24,119 bases of DNA. Origin: Desulfuromonadaceae bacterium (GTDB taxonomy: Bacteria > Desulfobacterota > Desulfuromonadia > Geobacterales > Pseudopelobacteraceae). A model generated the notes under the pieces. That model made no database searches and was not told the DNA's origin. It was given only the letters and a program-made list of their open reading frames with translations. This document shows positions 1-7,954 of the stretch, piece by piece. Positions within the stretch are counted from its first letter, which is position 1; the number at the start of each line of letters is the position of its first letter. The stretch is taken from contig DATBXI010000063.1 in NCBI GenBank assembly GCA_036514355.1, positions 1 to 24,119 of the forward strand, written 5' to 3'. The position numbers and the translations under genes were made by a program.

Positions 1-1
1 G

Positions 2-685
2 CCGGACACCCTGACGAATGCCGCGGGCGAGCCCCTGGGGAACATCATCGCGCCGGCCGGACTGCCGCTGGTGCGCATCGAGGTCAGGGCCCGGCCAGCG
101 GATGCGGATACGGTCTTTTTCCTGGAGTTGTCCGATACCCAGTTCCACCAGATGGAGCTCTGTTTCTGCATCATCTGCGATCCCGATGCGGAACGGTTCG
201 ACGTGGACCGGGACGAACAGGGGAGGATCAACTGGTTTGCCTCCCACGGCCGCAATATCCCCGAGGAGGTGCGTGCCATGCGTGCCGGCCTGTTCCCCAA
301 CCAGACGCGCCGGGGGCTCGGGTTGTTCGCCGATTTTTTCCCGCTTCTGGAGCGGTTCACCGATAGCCTGGGCATGGAGATGATCGTGGCCGAGCCGTTG
401 ACCTACGACAATGCCATCCGCTACGAGCGGCACGGTTTCGATTACCTGCAGGGGCGCCGCCTGATGCTGGAGATCGACCGGGAGTTCCAGCCCGGCGGCC
501 GCTATTTCGCCCGGCTGGACGGCTCCACCCCCTTCCGCGTGCCGGGGATGGAGCGCACCGTGCGGGGCAGGAGCTGGGCCATCCACGACGGCATCATGGA
601 CGAGCCGTGGGACGAGGTGCAGATCTACAAGATGATCGGACAGCACGCCGGCATCAATACCTTTCCGGGCAGGGCCGCGGAATGA
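2..685 (+). CDS. 5'-truncated conserved hypothetical protein, possibly GNAT-fold
   Basis: Frame is open from base 2 (PDTLTNAAGEPLGNIIAPAGLPLVRIEVR...) to TGA 683-685, so the track start at 71 is internal. GC3-rich codons. NQTRRGLG and NAIRYERHGF resemble GNAT motifs A and B. Confidence 0.6.
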   Translation, partial: PDTLTNAAGEPLGNIIAPAGLPLVRIEVRARPADADTVFFLELSDTQFHQMELCFCIICDPDAERFDVDRDEQGRINWFASHGRNIPEEVRAMRAGLFPNQTRRGLGLFADFFPLLERFTDSLGMEMIVAEPLTYDNAIRYERHGFDYLQGRRLMLEIDREFQPGGRYFARLDGSTPFRVPGMERTVRGRSWAIHDGIMDEPWDEVQIYKMIGQHAGINTFPGRAAE

Positions 686-753
686 ATGATGAGAGATGAG
701 AGATGAGATGAAGAAGCGGTTATTTCGTCCCTCATCTCTCATCCCTCATCATT
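685..753. repeat. Hairpin built from tandem GATGAGA-type heptamers and their complements
   Basis: 685-707 pairs with 731-753 (23 bp, one A/C mismatch at 694/744); the stem extends imperfectly to about 713/723. It fills most of the 686-777 intergenic gap. Confidence 0.85.
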
Positions 754-777
754 TCTTTAGAAATACCGGAGCACTAC

Positions 778-1686
778 ATGAACACGACTGCAGTCATAAA
801 CCTCACTCCCCTTGACGGCATCCGCTATTTCACGCCCCCTGCCGGCTATGTGCTGACCGGCCGCGACGGCCGGGTCAGTATCCCCTGGGAGGGGAAGCCT
901 CCTATTCCGCTCCAGGAGCAGGATTGTGCCGCAGCCGAGGAGAGCGGCACGGCGGACTACGACATGGTGGGGCGCGGCATCTACCAGGCCCTGCGCCTCA
1001 ACCCGGAGTGCGTCTTTGCGGCCGACTACGCAGTGGTGCTGAAAGAGGCCTATCCCCACATCATTTCCGAGCTGGGGGGGCAGATCATCATGCTGGATGC
1101 CCGCGACGTGGATACCCCCTACCTGGACCGCAAGATCAACTTTCTCAAGATCATGGCCCTGCTGGAACCGGCCAACGCGGGGCTCTGCCTCGAAATTGCC
1201 CGTACCTACATCGAGCGCGGGTCCAGGCTCTCTACTCTGCACCATGCTGTGGCCAGCTGGTACGGGGCCGAGCGGTTTCTGAAGCGGGCCCTGGAGTTGG
1301 ATCCCAAGGATCGCCACTGCGCCTACGAATACGGCGAAGCGCTCTACGTGCTGGGGCGGTACGACCAGGCTGCCGAGACGTGGGCCGCCGCTCTGCCGCT
1401 GCTGGAGGGGGGCGAGCGGGCGCGGGTCGAGGGGCGCGTTGCCGCCATTCTGTCGGGCCGGCTGCCCCTGGTGCCCCCCCTGGACTATCTGACCGCCTTG
1501 TCGGTGGCGGTGGAGGCGCATCACGGCGGGCGCAGCGACGAGGCGGCCGCCATCATCGAGGACGTGCTCGCCGATCCGGTCTTCAGCGAGCAGTTCCCGG
1601 TGAATGAGATCTATTACCTGTTGGGCACCTGTTATCAGGAAATGGGGATGGCAGGGGAAGCCGCCGAAGCGTTCAAGAGGAGTTAG
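778..1686 (+). CDS. TPR-repeat protein
   Basis: 302 aa with GGAG RBS. Helical repeats with TPR signatures (AERFLKRALELDPKD, YEYGEALYVLGRYDQAAETW, YYLLGTCYQEMGMAGEAAEAF). Confidence 0.85.
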   Translation: MNTTAVINLTPLDGIRYFTPPAGYVLTGRDGRVSIPWEGKPPIPLQEQDCAAAEESGTADYDMVGRGIYQALRLNPECVFAADYAVVLKEAYPHIISELGGQIIMLDARDVDTPYLDRKINFLKIMALLEPANAGLCLEIARTYIERGSRLSTLHHAVASWYGAERFLKRALELDPKDRHCAYEYGEALYVLGRYDQAAETWAAALPLLEGGERARVEGRVAAILSGRLPLVPPLDYLTALSVAVEAHHGGRSDEAAAIIEDVLADPVFSEQFPVNEIYYLLGTCYQEMGMAGEAAEAFKRS

Positions 1687-1698
1687 AGAGAGGGGAAT

Positions 1699-1800
1699 AT
1701 GTTCGGATTCAGTATCGCCGATTGGCTGTTTATCGGGTTTATCCTGGTCGTCATCTTCGTGTGCGTTGCCATCAGCGACATGCGCAAGAAAAAGGGATGA
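1699..1800 (+). CDS. 33-aa single-pass membrane peptide (not in the ORF track)
   Basis: MFGFSIADWLFIGFILVVIFVCVAISDMRKKKG. RBS-like GAGGGG 4 nt before the ATG, 12 nt after the TPR stop, with a hydrophobic helix and basic tail. Confidence 0.75.
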   Translation: MFGFSIADWLFIGFILVVIFVCVAISDMRKKKG

Positions 1801-1844
1801 GGGAGCCAGTGGCGTGGTTCCCTATCACGTGATTCGAGGTGGGT

Positions 1845-2291
1845 ATGGAAGAACTGGAGCACGAAAATGATCGTCGCCGCCCCCTGGGAATGGTCCTCCT
1901 GGGAGGCTTGTACCTGTTTTTCTTCATGTTGACCATGTCAACCTTCGGCCATCCGTTCCCGTTCCTGGGCGTCATCCACGAGGGGAAAGCCGCCGAGGTA
2001 CTGGTGTTCGTCGACAGCATGATCTGTCTGTATCTTTTTCTGGGGCTCATGAAACAGCAGCGGCTGACCTGGTACCTTCTTATCGGTTATAACACTTTTG
2101 AAGTGGTGAATACCCTCGTCAATTTACGGTATATCACCGATGCAGAGCTGGAAAAACTGATGGGGCAGCCCATCGATTCCCGGGGATTGGTGGTTAACAA
2201 TATCTCGGTCATAGTGGCGCTCATCCTGCTGACAGCCTTTATTTACCGTCATCGTGGATGTTTCACCAACCGGTCGAAGTATCTGTTTTAA
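1845..2291 (+). CDS. Hypothetical membrane protein (about 4 TM)
   Basis: ATG 1845 follows GAGGTGG. Four hydrophobic segments. No family recognised. Confidence 0.75.
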   Translation: MEELEHENDRRRPLGMVLLGGLYLFFFMLTMSTFGHPFPFLGVIHEGKAAEVLVFVDSMICLYLFLGLMKQQRLTWYLLIGYNTFEVVNTLVNLRYITDAELEKLMGQPIDSRGLVVNNISVIVALILLTAFIYRHRGCFTNRSKYLF

Positions 2292-2302
2292 AAGTGGACG
2301 GC

Positions 2303-3088
2303 ATGGATACTGCATTGCAAAACAACTCGGGTGACCCGGCCAAGGGCGTTTCCGTTCATATCGAACGGCTCAACAAGTCGTTTGGCCCCCATCATGTCCT
2401 CAAGGATATCACGCTGGATGTGCGGGCCGGAGAAACCTTTTCCATTATCGGCCCCTCCGGCACCGGCAAAAGTATCCTGTTGCGGCACATCATACGTCTG
2501 GAGACTCCCGACAGCGGCCAAATCGTTATCAACGGCGAACCGCTTTTTGTCGAAGGTGCTCCACCCCCCAGGTCGTACCGCAGCAGCATGGTGTTTCAAT
2601 CGTCGGCTCTGTTCAATTCCCTGACCGTCGGCGAGAACGTGGGGCTCTGGCTGCGTGAACATCGCATCTGCCCCGAGCAGCGCATTGGCGCGATCATAGC
2701 CGAGAAACTGGCCATCGTGGGGTTGGAGGGGAAGGAACGGTTGGCTACGTCGGAGCTGTCCGGCGGCATGAGAAAGCGCGTGGCCATTGCCCGCTCCCTG
2801 GCCATGGAGCCGGACCTGGTGCTCTACGACGAGCCGACCGCTGAGCTGGACCCGATCAGCACCGATGAACTGGCCGAGACCATCGCTTCTCTGAGGGCAC
2901 GAACCGGCAACACCACGATCATCGTCACCCATGACCTGAATTTTGCCCTGTACCTGTCGGACCGCATTGCCATGATGCATCAGGGGGAAATCGTCGAGAT
3001 CGGCACCCCCGCAGAAATCAGAGGAAGCGCAAATCCGATCGTGCAGCGCTTCATCCGCACGACTACCAAAGGCATCCACGGGGGCTGA
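2303..3088 (+). CDS. ABC transporter ATP-binding protein, MlaF/Mkl-like
   Basis: Walker A GPSGTGKS, Q-loop MVFQSSALFNSLTVGENV, signature LSGGMRKRVAIARSL, Walker B LYDEPT, H-loop IVTHD. GGM.KR and LDPI are typical of MlaF. Start is 2303 (ATG) or 2294 (GTG). Confidence 0.85.
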   Translation: MDTALQNNSGDPAKGVSVHIERLNKSFGPHHVLKDITLDVRAGETFSIIGPSGTGKSILLRHIIRLETPDSGQIVINGEPLFVEGAPPPRSYRSSMVFQSSALFNSLTVGENVGLWLREHRICPEQRIGAIIAEKLAIVGLEGKERLATSELSGGMRKRVAIARSLAMEPDLVLYDEPTAELDPISTDELAETIASLRARTGNTTIIVTHDLNFALYLSDRIAMMHQGEIVEIGTPAEIRGSANPIVQRFIRTTTKGIHGG

Positions 3089-3115
3089 CGCTTCGTTGTT
3101 ATAGGAGGGGTGGAA

Positions 3116-4138
3116 GTGAAAGGCGTTCATAGACCTGTCAAGCTTCCGGCAGCCCGATTGGCTGCAGCCCTTTCCGATGCGCTTTCCGGTCGGTCGGCGG
3201 CGAGACGGTCTTGCGCCTTCCTGGTCATGGTACTGGCCTTGCTCTCGCTGTCTCTCCCGGCAACATACGCAGGCGATGCCACGGTTATCGCAGCCGTGAT
3301 GAGCAGCGACCAGCCGCGGTACCGCGAGGCGCACCGAGCCTTCGTCAAATCGCTGGCAGCGCGCGGTTATGCGGCGCCAGCCATAGAAATTTCCCTCACC
3401 TGTCCCAACCAGGACTCCCCCTCCCTGAGTTCCGCAATCCGCAAGATCACCAGCACCCATCCCGACCTGATCGTGGCCTATGGCTCCTCGGCGTCCCAGG
3501 TGGTCACGAAAGAGGCCGAAGGGGTGCCCATCGTGTCGGTCGACACGTTTGCTGCCGATCCTCCGCCGAGCGGCACCAGCGGCGTCAGTTCGCGGGTTCC
3601 GATGATAACCCTGCTCAAGACGCTTCAGGATATTGGCCCCTACCGTCGGATCGGCGTCATCCTCAGTGCCCGCGACATCGGATCACAGCGCCAGTTGGAG
3701 GATATCAGGAAGTGCGCCGTTCAACTCGGACTGAGCGTTGTTGAGGGGAATGTGACGTCGGTGGCCTCCGTGGACAATGTCCTGACAACCTTGCTGGACA
3801 GGGTGGATGTGATTGTCGCTGCCACCGAAAGCCCTGCTGTTTTCAAACAGTTCGACCGGATCATCGCCCGGGCCAAGTCTCGCAAGGTTCCGGTGGTTGC
3901 GACCATGCCCAAGTCTGCCGAACGGGGCGCGCTGGTTTCTCTGGAGATCCATCCCCAGGAACAGGGGCATCTGGCGGCGGAGATAGCCACACGCATACTG
4001 GAAGGTGCGCGTGCCGAGCACCTTTCGCTGCTCACCCCCCGGCAGATCGACCTTGTCCTTAATGTGCGGGTTGCCCGTGAGCTGGGGATCAGCATGCCGA
4101 ACTCGGTGGTCAGCGCTGCGACCCGGATCGTGAAGTAG
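3116..4138 (+). CDS. ABC-type substrate-binding protein (ABC_sub_bind/PF04392-like)
   Basis: N-terminal signal-like segment. PDLIVAYG, GALVSL...EQGHLAAEIATRILEG and LVLNVRVARELGI match the family. GTG 3116 is well spaced from AGGAG at 3103-3107. Confidence 0.8.
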   Translation: MKGVHRPVKLPAARLAAALSDALSGRSAARRSCAFLVMVLALLSLSLPATYAGDATVIAAVMSSDQPRYREAHRAFVKSLAARGYAAPAIEISLTCPNQDSPSLSSAIRKITSTHPDLIVAYGSSASQVVTKEAEGVPIVSVDTFAADPPPSGTSGVSSRVPMITLLKTLQDIGPYRRIGVILSARDIGSQRQLEDIRKCAVQLGLSVVEGNVTSVASVDNVLTTLLDRVDVIVAATESPAVFKQFDRIIARAKSRKVPVVATMPKSAERGALVSLEIHPQEQGHLAAEIATRILEGARAEHLSLLTPRQIDLVLNVRVARELGISMPNSVVSAATRIVK

Positions 4139-4215
4139 TTTGTCGTCCGGGGTTTCCGGTTGCATAGTGTTTTTTTATTTCATGGCAACGGTGAATTCGG
4201 TTATAGTTGCAACTT

Positions 4216-4602
4216 ATGGGCAGAATACTGCTAATTGATGACGATCCGGCCTTCACCGACTTCCTGTCGGCCTATATCCGGGACACCTACCCGCTTTTGC
4301 AGGTGGAGATTTGCAATAATCCCATCATCGCCCTGCAGAACATCAAAACCGGCACATACGACCTGATGCTGATCGATCTGGAGATGCCGACCATGGACGG
4401 GCTCAAGCTGTTGGGCTTTGCCATCCAGAGCGGGATCAACAAGAACCGGATCGTCATCCTTTCGGGGCGGGAGGCCGATGTCCTGCACAAGCTCTGCCCC
4501 ATGGGAACCTGCCTGGCGGTGCTCAACAAGTTTGAGGCGCGCCAGAAGGCGGTGCTTGACATGATCTTCAGCTCGCTGCACAAAAAGGCCGGCGGCAGCT
4601 AA
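4216..4602 (+). CDS. Stand-alone response regulator receiver (CheY-like)
   Basis: ILLIDDD acidic pocket, DLMLIDLEMPTMDG phosphoacceptor loop, ILSG, conserved Lys in LNKF. No output domain. Confidence 0.85.
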   Translation: MGRILLIDDDPAFTDFLSAYIRDTYPLLQVEICNNPIIALQNIKTGTYDLMLIDLEMPTMDGLKLLGFAIQSGINKNRIVILSGREADVLHKLCPMGTCLAVLNKFEARQKAVLDMIFSSLHKKAGGS

Positions 4603-4623
4603 CCCCTTCACAGCTCTGCTCCA

Positions 4624-5331
4624 ATGGGAAAAAAAAGACAACAATCATCCTCCCAAAAACAGCCGTCATTCAAGAGCACCCCGTTCAGTGCCCTGAAAGG
4701 TGTCTCTGTTCCTTCATCATCCCCGCAGACACAGCAGGAACCTCCGCGCCCGACCACGCTGCTGACTGCAACGGCCGACACGGACAACGACCTGTTTCTC
4801 CAAGCTATGGGCGGCGTGACGCGGCTTGAGGGCGTGACGCCGACAACGGCCCGTCTCGGAACACGGCCCCATGCGCCGGAGCGCTCTGCCGGCGCCCATC
4901 CGGGCCGCGCGGAGGTCGATCCGGCGGATACCGAGGCCTTTAGCCGGGCAATCGGCCAGATGCGGCTGGATGTGACCTTTAGTGACAAGTTTCCCGAGGA
5001 CGACGAGCTCAAACCGCTCGGCGCCAACCGTCTGCGCCAGTTGAAGCGGGGGATCATCCGGGTGGATCGCCAGCTTGACCTGCACGGCCTGACCCGCGAC
5101 GAGGCGCTGGAAGCGATGCCCCGCTTTTTGCGCAACGCCCGTGTTCACGGGGAAAAGGCGGTGCTCATTATCACCGGCAAGGGGATCAACTCGCCGGGTG
5201 AGCCGGTCTTGCAGCAGGCGGTGGCCGCTTGGTTGCGCGATGCGGGCAGGGAGTTCATCCTGGAGTTCGCCCCGGCTCCGCGGGAGATGGGGGGCGGCGG
5301 GGCGTTCGTGGTGTTCTTGCGGGAACGCTGA
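4624..5331 (+). CDS. Smr-domain protein (small MutS-related endonuclease family)
   Basis: C-terminal LDLHGLTRDEA...VLIITGKG.NS...MGGGGAFVVFLR Smr signature, with a low-complexity N-terminal extension. Confidence 0.9.
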   Translation: MGKKRQQSSSQKQPSFKSTPFSALKGVSVPSSSPQTQQEPPRPTTLLTATADTDNDLFLQAMGGVTRLEGVTPTTARLGTRPHAPERSAGAHPGRAEVDPADTEAFSRAIGQMRLDVTFSDKFPEDDELKPLGANRLRQLKRGIIRVDRQLDLHGLTRDEALEAMPRFLRNARVHGEKAVLIITGKGINSPGEPVLQQAVAAWLRDAGREFILEFAPAPREMGGGGAFVVFLRER

Positions 5332-5375
5332 TTCGGCGGAGCGTCGTGTCTGCCTCCAGCAACGGCAGAGTGTTG

Positions 5376-5409
5376 AAAAGCCCCGGCGGATTGCCACCGG
5401 GGCTTTTTT
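5376..5409. terminator. Bidirectional intrinsic terminator between convergent smr and DUF4124 genes
   Basis: AAAAGCCCCGG (5376-5386) pairs with CCGGGGCTTTT (5397-5407), with A/T tracts on both sides. Confidence 0.85.
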
Positions 5410-5445
5410 ATGGACTACGTCTTCCCGGGAGTGGTTTCCGCGTTG

Positions 5446-5742
5446 TTACTCGGCGCCGGGGTCTGATTCTCTATGGCGCCTCCTGGGGGGGGGTGTCGGT
5501 TCTGCCGGCTTCGCCGGAGGGGGCGCCGGAGTTACCTGGTGCCCCTGGTCGGTCTGTTGGGCAGGGGCCACATCCCCCTGCTCGGGATAGAGGGCTTTTG
5601 TCTTTGCCCGATACGGGGCAGGAATCTCGTACTCCTTGTTGGTATAGTGGGTGATTCCACGCGTATCGGTCCAGGAATAGACCAGCCCCCAGGCAGATGA
5701 AGAAGCGCAGGTCAGCACAAGCGTCAGCAGCATTATTCTCAT
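5446..5742 (-). CDS. DUF4124-type exported protein
   Basis: Signal peptide ending SAWG, then the VYSWTDTRGITHYTN motif and a Pro/Gln-rich tail. Confidence 0.8.
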   Translation of the reverse strand: MRIMLLTLVLTCASSSAWGLVYSWTDTRGITHYTNKEYEIPAPYRAKTKALYPEQGDVAPAQQTDQGHQVTPAPPPAKPAEPTPPPRRRHRESDPGAE

Positions 5743-5785
5743 AAATCAGAGACCTCACTGGTTGGTGGGATGCACCCGCAACCTC

Positions 5786-5794
5786 ACTATAGCA
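5786..5794 (-). promoter_or_regulatory. Possible extended -10 element for the DUF4124 gene
   Basis: The minus strand reads TGCTATAGT (TGn-TATAGT), 44 nt upstream of the start. No convincing -35. Confidence 0.3.
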
Positions 5795-5932
5795 CGGACA
5801 ACGGTGAAGAAAAGCATACATTGCAAACTCGTCGTGTCGCTTGCTCCCCGCCTGCTCCCGGCGATATGCCAGAAGCTGCCTGGTAGTGCGGAACCGGTGG
5901 CGGCTAAATCGCGTAAACAACATCTCCGATCT

Positions 5933-5991
5933 CGCCAAATGACTTGGCGGTTCATGTGATAAATTTGATGACATAGTAACTGGAACTATGT
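5933..5991. promoter_or_regulatory. Two short inverted repeats, candidate activator sites
   Basis: CGCCAA-N5-TTGGCG (5933-5949) and ACATAGT-N7-ACTATGT (5971-5991), upstream of the sigma-54-like site. Confidence 0.4.
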
Positions 5992-6035
5992 AAATGTATT
6001 GCACTTGCTCCCTGTCTCTCCGCCGACTTTTTGCC

Positions 6036-6052
6036 TTGGCACATTTGTAGCA
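6036..6052 (+). promoter_or_regulatory. Putative sigma-54 (-24/-12) promoter of the porin-cytochrome operon
   Basis: TTGGCACATTTGTAGCA has GG at 6038-6039 and GC at 6050-6051 with exact 10-nt spacing and a perfect TGGCAC. It lies about 97 nt upstream of the porin ATG. Confidence 0.65.
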
Positions 6053-6148
6053 ATAAAAAAAAGGATTTATGTTGAATTGATATGTAACTGACAGTTTAAC
6101 GCATTGCTACGTGTTAATACGTGTTACTTGACAGGACAGGAGGCTTCA

Positions 6149-7474
6149 ATGAAAAAACTGCTTTACCGATTCTTCCCAGCACTATTCCTGCTGGCCCTGC
6201 CCGCCGTTGGTCAGGCGGACACCGCGGTCGATTCATCCACCCTGTTACGTTTTTCCCAAGACAGCCGGCCCGGCTTCTCCACAAAGACGTTTGTGCCAGC
6301 TACCCAGTTTTTGGGCCTCGATGTTGACAAGCTGGGGGATGGCAAGCTTTCCGTGCACCTCTACGGATGGGGACGTGTGGATCTGGCTGACAAGAGCTTC
6401 AACGACAAGCAGACGGGTGGCAGCCTGACCTACGCCTATGCCCAGTACCGCTTGGACCAGGCCAACGGTCAGGTCCGGGTCGGCCGTTTCTTTGTCAATG
6501 AAGGGATAGTCAACGAGCAGGTGGACGGTCTGCATGTGCGCACCGACCTGCCGATGGGGTTCGGCATCTCCACGTTCGGTGGCGCCACGGTCCACACCGC
6601 GCACCAGCTGGGCCTGGGGACCGACGGCAAGGGGGACGGCATCGTGGGTGGCCGTCTGAACTACCGCTACAAAGGGATGCTGGAATTGGGGTTGTCGGGT
6701 GTCTATGAAAGCAACGCGCCCACCGTCAATGATCCCCGAGTGTCCAGTATATTCAGCAGCCACAGGCTCATCGGCGGCGATGTCTGGCTCTCCCCGCACC
6801 GCATGGTGGAGATCATGGGGCACACCAGCTACAACACGGAGACCGACGGTGTTGCCGAACACAGCTACATGCTCAATATCAAGCCAATCGCGCACTTGGT
6901 CCTGACCGGCGAATTCAACGAGCACCGCGAAGCGAACCTGTTCTCCAGTTCGCTCCTCTTCGCCACGTTCGTTCAAAATCTGAACGAACGGTCCCGCTCG
7001 GCAGGGGGCAGCGCTTCCTACGAGTTGAACAAGATGACGGAGGTCGCGGCTGATTACAAACATTACAGCCGTGACATAGGGGAGGCCGACCGCTTCGGTG
7101 GAGATGTGCGCTTCGCGCTGATGGACAAGCAGGTGCGCACCGGCGTCGGTTATCACTATCTGAGGGCAGGTACGAATTTCGCGATAGCCGGCACGGCTTC
7201 CGGCTCGTTCCATGAGGTCCACGGCTACGCCCTGCAGGATACCAAGACCTATATGGCCTCCCTGGACGCCATCGCCTATATCTTTAAAGAAAATATCAAC
7301 AATAAATCAAGCGCCTGGGAGTTTACCGGGTCCCTGGGCTGGCATATTTCCCCGGCCCTGATCCTGTCCGGCGATCTCGGCTACGGGAAGAACCCGCAGT
7401 TTGTTGACGATCTGAAAGGATTGTTACGCCTTACCTACAACATGAATTACACCGGAAAAGGAGGCACGAAATGA
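6149..7474 (+). CDS. Outer-membrane beta-barrel porin of a porin-cytochrome conduit (ExtB-like)
   Basis: AGGAGG RBS and ATG 6149 (track start 6104 is too far upstream). Signal peptide ending GQA-D, many amphipathic aromatic-rich beta strands, and an ATGA overlap with the cytochrome gene. Confidence 0.85.
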   Translation: MKKLLYRFFPALFLLALPAVGQADTAVDSSTLLRFSQDSRPGFSTKTFVPATQFLGLDVDKLGDGKLSVHLYGWGRVDLADKSFNDKQTGGSLTYAYAQYRLDQANGQVRVGRFFVNEGIVNEQVDGLHVRTDLPMGFGISTFGGATVHTAHQLGLGTDGKGDGIVGGRLNYRYKGMLELGLSGVYESNAPTVNDPRVSSIFSSHRLIGGDVWLSPHRMVEIMGHTSYNTETDGVAEHSYMLNIKPIAHLVLTGEFNEHREANLFSSSLLFATFVQNLNERSRSAGGSASYELNKMTEVAADYKHYSRDIGEADRFGGDVRFALMDKQVRTGVGYHYLRAGTNFAIAGTASGSFHEVHGYALQDTKTYMASLDAIAYIFKENINNKSSAWEFTGSLGWHISPALILSGDLGYGKNPQFVDDLKGLLRLTYNMNYTGKGGTK

Positions 7475-7944
7475 AACGCTTCACCCTGATCTTTCCCATC
7501 CTGGCGTTGGCCGGGTTGATTGCCATACTCGGGGCGTGTGCCCAGATGAAGAGCCTCCCGAACCTTCCGGCCTGGCATCCCGAGGAGTTGGCCGCCGGAC
7601 CGGTGAGTTGCGCCGAATGCCACGAGGACCAGCAGAAAGGGACCATGAAGCCCTTTGCCGCCTTCAACCACACTCCGTCGTTTGTGAAGAACCATCGCTT
7701 CTACGCCTCGTCGGACGCCCTGCTCTGCGCCACTTGCCACAAGGAATCGTTCTGCAACGATTGCCACACCAACCAGGTGGAGATCAAGCCCTCCATAAAG
7801 TTCGGCAACCGCCCCGACCGGGAGCTGCCGCACCGTGGGGACTACATAACGATGCACAAGATAGAAGGCAAGCTTGACCCGGCGAGTTGCTATCGCTGCC
7901 ACGGCAGAGCCAACAACGAGCGCTGCATAGTCTGCCACCGATAG
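7471..7944 (+). CDS. Pentaheme c-type cytochrome lipoprotein (ExtC-like)
   Basis: Lipobox LGA-C23 and five CXXCH motifs (CAECH, CATCH, CNDCH, CYRCH, CIVCH). Confidence 0.92.
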   Translation: MKRFTLIFPILALAGLIAILGACAQMKSLPNLPAWHPEELAAGPVSCAECHEDQQKGTMKPFAAFNHTPSFVKNHRFYASSDALLCATCHKESFCNDCHTNQVEIKPSIKFGNRPDRELPHRGDYITMHKIEGKLDPASCYRCHGRANNERCIVCHR

Positions 7945-7954
7945 GAGAGAACCC

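Noticed and set aside
757-1524. 255-aa minus-strand ORF and the overlapping + ORFs 18-383 and 924-1607
   Set aside because: Antisense or off-frame shadows of the TPR and upstream genes in GC-rich DNA; no motifs or RBS.
2288-3460. 390-aa minus-strand ORF
   Set aside because: Antisense to the ABC ATPase and binding-protein genes, which carry clear family motifs.
4145-4165. GG-N10-GC with TTGCA upstream of the receiver gene as a sigma-54 site
   Set aside because: The -24 region (GGGGTT) lacks the TGGCAC context, and the GG occurs in a G run, so it is likely chance.
5471-6004. 177-aa minus-strand ORF and other ORFs across the 5743-6148 intergenic region
   Set aside because: Overlap the better-supported DUF4124 frame or the promoter region; atypical composition and no RBS.
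5743-6148. GEMM (c-di-GMP/cGAMP) riboswitch upstream of the cytochrome operon, expected in Geobacter
   Set aside because: No GG.AAAC...GAAA...ACGCAAAGC core was found on either strand by eye; an Rfam scan would be definitive.
6245-7222. 325-aa minus-strand ORF
   Set aside because: Antisense shadow of the porin gene.
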